DNA of 64,000 nucleotides from NCBI GenBank assembly GCA_965222155.1, contig CBDCTH010000012.1:2336001-2400000 (forward strand), given 5' to 3'. The notes beneath the pieces are model-generated. The model saw nothing but the letters and a program-made list of their open reading frames with translations, ran no database searches and was not told the origin of the DNA. Positions 56,785-64,000 of the stretch are shown in pieces. Both the position numbers and the translations under genes were made by a program. Position 1 is the first letter of the stretch. Each line of letters opens with the position of its first letter. The DNA comes from Gammaproteobacteria bacterium. Lineage in GTDB: Bacteria; Pseudomonadota; Gammaproteobacteria; Eutrophobiales; Eutrophobiaceae.

Positions 56785-56896
56785 TAACTACATTTCCTTA
56801 TAATCAAGAATAAGCTTTCCACTGGATTCATGCTTCCGCAGGAATGACGGGAGAGAAGCGTAATTTTCCGGGTTGTTTATAAGGAACCTCTATTTA

Positions 56897-58494
56897 GTCG
56901 TCCCTGAATAACCCTTAAAAGCCACTCTAAGCTGTTGATTATATTTATATAAGTTACGTTTTTTTCTGGACTGATAGTGCCGGTTTTGGTATCATGGACC
57001 TTCATTTTCTTGCAATATCGGAGATAAAAATGACGCCCAGACAACCTGACGCCGCTACCGGCGCCTCAACCGACCTGTTCCGCGAACGCCTGGACACTAT
57101 GCTCAATCAACGCCATGCCTTATATCGCCTGGCCGACCTGATAGAGTGGTCGGTGTTTGATAAGGCATTCGGTGCGCGGTACTGCCCGGATAACGGTTGT
57201 CCGGGGAAACCGACCCGGTTGAGGGTGGGGTTGCAGTATCTCAAGCATGTGTATGGGTTATCGGACGAGGCGGTGGTGTCGGGCTGGGTGGAGAATCCGT
57301 ATTGGCAGTCTGTCTGCGGGGCGGTGTACGTTCAGCATGAGGCGCCGGTAGACCCGAGCAGCCTGACGCGCTGTCGCCGACGCATTGGGGCGGCGGGGTG
57401 TGCGCGGATTTTACAGGTGACGGTGGCGCTGGGGGTGCAGAGCAAGGCAGTGAAGACGACGGACTTCAAACGGGTGACGGTGGACACCACGGTACAGGAG
57501 ATAAGCGGTGAGTTATCCGACCGACAGCAAGTTGCTGAATCGGTCCCGGGTGCGGTGGGTACGGTTATGTCACAAACAGGGGGTGGTGTTACGCCAGAGC
57601 ACTGCCCGCAAGGGGCCGCGGGCGTTACAACAGGCGAACCGCTACGGTCATGCCAAACAGTATCGGCGGCTGCGGCGCGAGGTGAAGCGGTTACGCACCT
57701 CCCCCTGCTCAACGCCATACAGGGGCAGGCTCTGGGCCGGGTAGTGCGTGACAGTGAGCGTAACACCGCTGGCAATCCGGCACAGCAGCGTATCTTTGCC
57801 GATGAATTGGCCTTAGCCAAGCGACTGCTGGCGCAGCAGAAACAGGATAAACACAAGCTGTACAGCCTGCATGCCCCGGCGGTGGAGTGTATCAGTAAAG
57901 GGAAGGCGCACAAGCGGTATGAATTCGGGGTGAAGGCGAGCATTGCCACCACGAACAAGAGTAACTTCGTGGTGGGGGGTATGGCCTTGCCGGGCAGTCC
58001 GTATGACGGGCACACCTTGAAGGAAGCCCTGGCACAGGTGCGGCGCTTGACCGGGACGAGTATTGATGAGGCGTTTGTAGACCGGGGTTATCGGGGGCAT
58101 GATGAAACGGCGAGTACGGTGTATATCTCCGGTCAGAAGCGCGGCATCAAAACCCAACGGTTGAAACGGTCGCTTAGACGCCGCCAGGCGATTGAACCGG
58201 TGATCGGTCATTTGAAAGCCGACGGGCTGTTAGGGCGCAATCACCTGAACGGGACACAAGGCGACCAATTAAATGTCCTGTTGAGTTGTGCCGGCCACAA
58301 CCTGCGCCTGATCCTGAGACGGCTCAGGTTTTTTTGTCTCGAAAAAAGGATACTTATACTGGCTTGGCTCCGCGTGTTGGTGCCCGCAGCGCGTCTGTCA
58401 GGTGCCGGCACACAGTTGAACCGAAAGCTGGCTTGTCTGGCTCCGCTACCGGTACCCATAATGGCAGCTTGAAACCGGGTTTTTCAGGATCGAC
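56897..58494 (+). mobile_element. IS5-family element, full length, transposase degenerate; TATTTA duplication
   Basis: TIRs GTCGTCCCTGAA / TTCAGGATCGAC; +1 frameshift near 57502 and ~30-bp insertion at 57701. Confidence 0.9.
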
Positions 58495-58558
58495 TATTTA
58501 TTCGGTCAGATGATATAATAGCGGTGACTTATTTCAACTTTTTCCTCAAGGTGGTTTC

Positions 58559-59599
58559 ATGAAGACACAAGACATATTCGGTTCGTTGTTTGACTTGCAA
58601 GACACACGCTTGAATAAACTGAAGGATCCTCTGGTGCGGTTGGGTGAGGTAGTGGACTGGGAGGCGTTTCGTCCGCTATTGGTGCGTATTCGACCCACGA
58701 CCCGCAAGAGCAAGGCGGGTGCGCCGCGTCGGGATGAGGTGCTGCTGTTCAAGGGGTTGGTGTTACAGCATTTGTACGGGTTGAGTGATGAGCAGTTGGA
58801 ATATCAGCTTGAAGATCGGCGCAGTTTTCAGCGGTTTGTGGGGTTGGATAACTATCATCGGGCGCCGGATGCGAAGACGTTCTGGGCGTTTCGTGAGAAG
58901 TTGGTGGAGCTGAAATTGATGGAGGAACTGTTTGCACGGTTTGCCGAGCAGTTAGCAGACTTGGGGTATCGGGCGCGCACGGGGCAGTGGGTGGATGCTT
59001 CCCTGGTGCCGGCGCCGGTGCAGCGCAACACGCGCGAGGAGAATGCGGCGATAAAGGCGGGGGAGGCGCCTGCGGGCTGGGACGATGAGGCAGCCAAATC
59101 CAAGCGGCGGTAGAAGGACGTGGAGGCACGTTGGACGAAGCAGCGGGGCAGGAGTCATTACGGGTACAAGAATCACGTGAACGTGGACAATGCGCACAAG
59201 CTGATACGCACGTATGCGGTGAGCGCTGCGACTGTGCATGATTCCCAACTGCTCGATGAGTTGTTGGATGAGCACAACAGCAGCAAGGCGTTGTGGGCGG
59301 ACCGCGCCTACCGTTCCAGGGAGCAGGAGGAACGCTTGCAGGCCCAGCGCTACCGCAGCCACATTCAGCGCAAGGGGAGCCGCAACAAGCCGTTGACGGC
59401 GTGGGAGCAGCAGGGCAACCGCACGCGGGCCAAGGTGCGGGTGCGGGTGGAACACGTGTTCGGGGCGCAGTGTGCGACCCGGGCCAAGCTGATACGCTGT
59501 ATCGGGCTGGCGCGCAGTGAGTTGGCCATAGGGATGCTGAACCTGGTGTATAACATGCGACGATTGTGTTACCTGGAAGGGGTCAGCGCGCCCGCATGA
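58559..59599 (+). pseudogene. IS5-family transposase with nonsense codon
   Basis: VDWEAFRP, LSDEQLE, PDAKT, YGYKNH, HDSQ, ADRAY, RVEHVF; in-frame TAG at 59111-59113 in R*KD. Confidence 0.88.
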
Positions 59600-59788
59600 C
59601 GGGGAACAGGCATAAAAGGGTGTTAAACAGACACCTGAAGGGGTCAAACAGCCCGTTTGGTGGGTAGACAGAGGCCCATCAGCGCATGTATGGCATAGCT
59701 TTATATACAAAATAGTCCGCTTGCCTGCTCACGTAGGCAATGTGCCAGAAAACGTCAATAAATAGAAGTTCCCTATAATTTATTTTAC

Positions 59789-59832
59789 TTGACTTGGCTT
59801 ATTCAGGGTCAGTATAGTTACAAATGTAACTA
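59789..59832 (+). promoter_or_regulatory. fahA promoter TTGACT-N18-TATAGT overlapped by operator TAGTTACAAATGTAACTA
   Basis: Operator 59815-59832 identical to 49877-49894. Confidence 0.8.
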
Positions 59833-59852
59833 ATTTGGAGAGGAAATAATCT

Positions 59853-60848
59853 GTGAAACTGGCCAGTCTTAAAGAGGGAGGGCGTGACGGCACCCTGGTC
59901 GTCGTCAATCGCAACATGAGCAAGGCAATCAAAGTGCCGGACATCGCACCGACATTGCAGGCCGCGCTGGACAACTGGGCGGAAAAGGAACCGGCCCTGA
60001 TACAGGTCTTTGACCATCTCCAGGAAGGTTACGTTGAGGGTGCCTTCGACTTCGACCCGAAACAGCTTACCGCGCCCCTGCCCCGCTCCTACCACTGGGC
60101 GGACGGCAGCGCCTACGTCACCCACGTTGAAATGGTGCGCAAGGCGCGTGGGGTGGAACTGCCCGAATCCTTCTGGACCGACCCGTTGATGTACATGGGT
60201 GCATCCGATGCGTTTATCGGCCCCTGCGATGACGTCCTGATGGAAAGTGAGGATTGGGGTATCGATTTTGAATCAGAGGTCGCGATCTTTACCGACGACG
60301 TACCCGCCGGCATCAGCCCCGAGCAGGCTAAGGAACATATCAAGCTGATCACCATTATCAATGACGTATCACTCAGGAACCTGATACCGGCAGAACTCGC
60401 CAAGCAATTCGGTTTCTACCAATCCAAGCCCTGGACCGCATTCGCACCGGTCGCGGTTATACCGGATGAACTGGGCGACGCCTGGGACGGCGGTAAGATC
60501 AACCTGCCCCTGCACTCCACCATGAACGGTGTAAAGCTGGGTTCACCCAACGCGGGAGTGGATAATACTTTCGATTTGCCCCGGTTGATCTCCCATGCGG
60601 CCAAATCCCGCCCGCTCATGGCGGGAACAGTCGTCGGCTCAGGCACTGTTTCCAACGTAGGCAGCAAGGACGGTTCATCCTGTATCGCCGAGATCAGGTG
60701 CCTGGAAACCATCGCCAACGGCAAGCCAGCTACCGAATTCATGAAATTCGGCGATCGTATCGAGATTGAAATGTTCGATAAAAACGGCGCATCAATTTTC
60801 GGCAGGATCGACCAGGTCATCGCCCGGTATCATCCCCCGGGTAATTAA
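59853..60848 (+). CDS. fahA: Fumarylacetoacetate hydrolase family protein
   Basis: WADGSAY, IDFESE, NDVSLRNL, GSGTVSN; precedes maiA. Confidence 0.88.
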   Translation: MKLASLKEGGRDGTLVVVNRNMSKAIKVPDIAPTLQAALDNWAEKEPALIQVFDHLQEGYVEGAFDFDPKQLTAPLPRSYHWADGSAYVTHVEMVRKARGVELPESFWTDPLMYMGASDAFIGPCDDVLMESEDWGIDFESEVAIFTDDVPAGISPEQAKEHIKLITIINDVSLRNLIPAELAKQFGFYQSKPWTAFAPVAVIPDELGDAWDGGKINLPLHSTMNGVKLGSPNAGVDNTFDLPRLISHAAKSRPLMAGTVVGSGTVSNVGSKDGSSCIAEIRCLETIANGKPATEFMKFGDRIEIEMFDKNGASIFGRIDQVIARYHPPGN

Positions 60849-60871
60849 TGCCCGGACTTATACCTGTGATT

Positions 60872-60936
60872 CACATGGATGGACAGGATATACAGGATAA
60901 AATAATCAAAATCCTGTTCATCCTGTCTATCCATGT
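60872..60936. repeat. Inverted repeat CATGGATGGACAGGAT..CAGGAT / ATCCTGTTCATCCTGTCTATCCATG
   Basis: Arms built from 9-bp-period ACAGGAT units. Confidence 0.75.
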
Positions 60937-60954
60937 TAAAAATCATAAACCAAC

Positions 60955-61602
60955 ATGAAACTGTATAGCTATTGGCGTTCATCAGCTGCGTACCGGGTAC
61001 GCATAGCGCTCAACCTGAAAGGGCTGGATTATGAGGTCATACCGGTACACCTGTTAAAAGACGGCGGCGAACAACTTCAATCGGAATACCGGTCGATAAA
61101 CCCGCAGGGCCTCATCCCTGCTTTGATAGACGGCGACATCAGCCTTGGCCAGTCACTTGCCATAATGGATTACCTGGAAACCAAATACCCGGAACCGGCC
61201 ATATATCCGAAAACGCCTGAGGAACGTGCTATTACCCAGCAATTTGCCCTGGCTGTCGCCTGTGACATCCACCCGCTGAATAACCTGCGCGTCCTGAAAT
61301 ATATAAAACGCACCCTCAAGCTGAACGATGAGGCGAAGAACGTCTGGATTCACCACTGGATAACAAACGGCTTTACGGCATTGGAAAAACTGTTGAACGG
61401 CAGGAACTGGGAAGGCCCTTATTGTGTTGACGGACAAGTCACCATCGCCGATGCCTGCCTGATCCCGCAGATTTATAACGCCCGCCGGTTCGAAATACCG
61501 ATGGATCATTTTCCAACCCTGGTTAGAATTGAACATGCCTGCATGGAACTGGAAGCGTTCCGGCGAGCGGCGCCGGAACACCAGATCGATGCAAATACCT
61601 GA
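60955..61602 (+). CDS. maiA: Maleylacetoacetate isomerase (GST zeta)
   Basis: YWRSSAAYRVRIALNLKG, CDIHPLNNLRVL. Confidence 0.95.
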   Translation: MKLYSYWRSSAAYRVRIALNLKGLDYEVIPVHLLKDGGEQLQSEYRSINPQGLIPALIDGDISLGQSLAIMDYLETKYPEPAIYPKTPEERAITQQFALAVACDIHPLNNLRVLKYIKRTLKLNDEAKNVWIHHWITNGFTALEKLLNGRNWEGPYCVDGQVTIADACLIPQIYNARRFEIPMDHFPTLVRIEHACMELEAFRRAAPEHQIDANT

Positions 61603-61612
61603 GAGGTAAGTC

Positions 61613-62311
61613 ATGTCCGGATTTGATAAAACAGTGAACACATACGCCGAAGCGCTCGACAGCCTCCAGGACGGCATGACCATTATTGCCGGCGGCTTCG
61701 GCCTGTGCGGCATCCCTGAGGGGTGCATCACACAGATTAAAAAAATGGGCGTACGCGAATTGACCATTATTTCCAACAACTGCGGCGTGGACGACTTCGG
61801 CCTGGGCTTGTTACTGGAAGATAAGCAGGTCAAAAAGATGATTTCATCCTACGTGGGCGAGAATGCCCTGTTCGAGGAACAATTGCTGAACGGGGAGCTT
61901 GAAGTGGAACTCACGCCCCAGGGAACACTGGCCGAGAAGATGCGGGCCGGAGGCGCCGGAATCCCCGCTTTTTACACCGCCACCGGTTACGGCACACCCG
62001 TAGGAGAAGGCAAGGAGGTACGTGAGTTCAACGGCCGCAAATACATCCTGGAGGAAGCCGTCAGCGGCGACTTTGCCCTTGTCAAAGGCTGGAAGGCGGA
62101 CCGTTACGGCAACGTCATCTACCGGCATACGGCACAAAATTTCAACCCCATGGCCGCGACCGCGGGCCGGATCACCGTGGTTGAAGTAGAGCAGATCGTG
62201 GAACCCGGTGAACTGGAACCCAGCCAGATCCATACAGCTGGCATTTACGTCGACCGACTCATTCAAGGCACGTTCGAGAAACGTATCGAACAACGCACGA
62301 TAACGGAGTAA
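61613..62311 (+). CDS. scoA: 3-oxoacid CoA-transferase subunit A
   Basis: [24 protein letters not shown]. Confidence 0.93.
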   Translation: MSGFDKTVNTYAEALDSLQDGMTIIAGGFGLCGIPEGCITQIKKMGVRELTIISNNCGVDDFGLGLLLEDKQVKKMISSYVGENALFEEQLLNGELEVELTPQGTLAEKMRAGGAGIPAFYTATGYGTPVGEGKEVREFNGRKYILEEAVSGDFALVKGWKADRYGNVIYRHTAQNFNPMAATAGRITVVEVEQIVEPGELEPSQIHTAGIYVDRLIQGTFEKRIEQRTITE

Positions 62312-62315
62312 TCCC

Positions 62316-62972
62316 ATGGCACTCTCACGCGAACAACTGGCAATGCGGGTAGCCCGTGAACTGCAGGACGGCTATTACGTCAACCTTGGTATCGGCATCC
62401 CCACCCTGGTCGCCAACTATATCCCGGACGGCATAGAGGTAATGCTGCAATCGGAAAACGGCCTGCTCGGCATGGGCCCGTTCCCCACCGAGGAGCAACT
62501 GGACGCAGACATGATCAACGCCGGTAAACAGACTGTGACAGCGATCACAGGCGCCTCCATCTTCAACTCAGCAGAATCCTTCGCCATGATCCGCGGCGGT
62601 CACGTCGACCTCACGGTACTGGGCGCATTCGAAGTGGACGTGGAAGGCAACATCGCCTCCTGGATGATCCCGCGCAAACTGATAAAAGGCATGGGCGGCG
62701 CCATGGACCTGGTGGCCGGCGCCGACAACATCATCGTCACCATGACCCACGCCAGCAAAAGCGGCGCGTCAAAGCTGCTGCCCAAGTGTACCCTGCCCCT
62801 GACCGGCGCCGGGTGTATTCACAAGGTTGTGACCGACCTTGCTTATGTGGAGATTAATGATGGGAAGTTCTGGTTGAAGGAACGGGCGCCTGGTGTCAGT
62901 GTTGATGAGATTGTGGCGAAGACGGCTGGGGAGATGGTGGTGCCGGGTTCCGTGCCGGAGATGGAGTTTTAA
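62316..62972 (+). CDS. scoB: 3-oxoacid CoA-transferase subunit B
   Basis: NLGIGIPTLVANY, LQSENG, KGMGGAMDLV. Confidence 0.93.
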   Translation: MALSREQLAMRVARELQDGYYVNLGIGIPTLVANYIPDGIEVMLQSENGLLGMGPFPTEEQLDADMINAGKQTVTAITGASIFNSAESFAMIRGGHVDLTVLGAFEVDVEGNIASWMIPRKLIKGMGGAMDLVAGADNIIVTMTHASKSGASKLLPKCTLPLTGAGCIHKVVTDLAYVEINDGKFWLKERAPGVSVDEIVAKTAGEMVVPGSVPEMEF

Positions 62973-62987
62973 GTTACTGTTTCCCTG

Positions 62988-63575
62988 TCAGTGGAACACC
63001 CTGGGCCGGAAGCCCGGCTCGTTGATGATGCTGGCGCTGCTACCGGTGGCCCGGATGACATACAAACCCTGCCGCTCCGCATACTCCCTCACAGAAGAAT
63101 CCGCCTTCAGGTACGCCACCGCACCCAATACCTGCTTCCCTTTGTAGACCCGCTCGTAATCCGTGAATTTGTCCAACTTCGCCAGAAACTGCGTCACATC
63201 CTCGGCCCGTAACGTGGTCTTCACTTCCACCACCACCACTTCCTCGCCGTTCACCGCCAGGATATCAAACTCGTAATGACAACCGTCCCGCCCCCCCTTC
63301 ACGTTAGTACACGTCCGTTCCACGGCTATTCCCTGCGCCTGTAACAAGCCAACCAGATCCCCTTCCACCAGACTCTCCATCAGCTTGCTCCACTGACTGT
63401 TGAACAACTTATCCAGCTTCTTGAGACGCTGGTCAGTTTCCTTCATCTGCCGGTCGGTCTCCTTCATGAGCTTTTTGAGCTCCTCCGTCTCCCGGGCTGA
63501 TTTCTCCGATGAGGTGCGCAGAAAACTCCAGATTTCTTCGGGGGTGGCGGGGTCGCGATGCAGTTCGTTTTCCAT
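62988..63575 (-). CDS. Coiled-coil + PD-(D/E)XK nuclease-like protein (DUF3782-like)
   Basis: KETDRQM/KETDQRL heptads, WSKLMESLVE, EFDILAVN...VEVKTTL. Confidence 0.7.
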   Translation of the reverse strand: MENELHRDPATPEEIWSFLRTSSEKSARETEELKKLMKETDRQMKETDQRLKKLDKLFNSQWSKLMESLVEGDLVGLLQAQGIAVERTCTNVKGGRDGCHYEFDILAVNGEEVVVVEVKTTLRAEDVTQFLAKLDKFTDYERVYKGKQVLGAVAYLKADSSVREYAERQGLYVIRATGSSASIINEPGFRPRVFH

Positions 63576-63727
63576 GATAACGTTCTCCTATGCCGAATTG
63601 ATGTTATAAAAGATAACACAATGACCCGACGCCATGCAATGGGAAAAAACGGGATTTGACCACGGTTTATCTACGGATTCATGTTTGACTGGATGCTGGC
63701 ATTCACCGGCATGACGACGATTAGATC

Positions 63728-64000
63728 TCAGTCAGTCTCCAATACCGTCCGACAGGCGGCAGGCAAATCGGCCAGCGTGAGCTCGGGTGGCTCATCCTCC
63801 GGTGCGCGCGGTGGTGGATACAGCGCTTCGTCGGTGAACCACCAGTCCAGTTCGGTATCACAGCCGTCGCCCTCAGGCGGCGGGTCCTGGTCGATGCAGG
63901 CGCCTGCATTCGGGCAATGCAGACGGACGTGAAAATGGGAGTCATGGCCCCACCATGGCCGCACCTTGCGCAGCCATTGGGCATCCTCCTCTTCCCTGCT
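63728..64000 (-). CDS. mepA: Penicillin-insensitive murein endopeptidase, C-terminal part (5' end outside window)
   Basis: WLRKVRPWWGHDSHFHVRLHCP...CIDQ...GDGC..ELDWW. Confidence 0.85.
   Translation of the reverse strand, partial: SREEEDAQWLRKVRPWWGHDSHFHVRLHCPNAGACIDQDPPPEGDGCDTELDWWFTDEALYPPPRAPEDEPPELTLADLPAACRTVLETD

Larger units (their letters stand above)
56882..59773 (+). mobile_element. IS5-family element (TATA duplication) with its left end interrupted by a second IS
   Basis: Ends AGGAACCTCTATTTA / TAAATAGAAGTTCCC, TATA at 56878-81 and 59774-77. Confidence 0.85.

Noticed and set aside
56994-58472. Intact 492-aa transposase
   Set aside because: Middle segment is out of frame; the true sequence (SYPTDSKLL...) is in the 57508 frame between two compensating lesions.

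Overview
Gammaproteobacterial chromosome segment. From 7.2 to 39.5 kb on the minus strand lies the complete core cluster tRNA(Tyr,Gly,Thr)-tuf-tRNA(Trp)-secE-nusG-rplKAJL-rpoBC-rpsLG-fusA-S10-spc-alpha. It has no tuf after fusA and no L10 leader. The left flank carries tRNA-Thr, a TonB-dependent receptor, tmRNA and a Rieske dioxygenase alpha/beta pair. The right flank is an aromatic amino-acid catabolic cluster (aldehyde:ferredoxin oxidoreductase, PLP decarboxylase, class III aminotransferase, P450, MarR, hmgA, kynU, fahA, maiA, scoAB). That cluster is split by an ~8 kb nest of IS elements and MITEs carrying a His-rich beta-propeller gene and a DUF4258/YgiT toxin-antitoxin pair. The most notable signals are three. 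(1) A ~245 bp TIR-bounded non-coding element with a covarying internal fold and an IHF site sits six times, in one orientation, between ribosomal protein genes, with a seventh copy elsewhere. (2) A decarboxylase-transaminase-AOR(-P450) module may feed arylacetates or IAA into ring cleavage without HPPD. (3) A composite transposon has a reconstructible empty site that is a REP doublet. All family assignments come from motif recognition by eye; no database searches were run.
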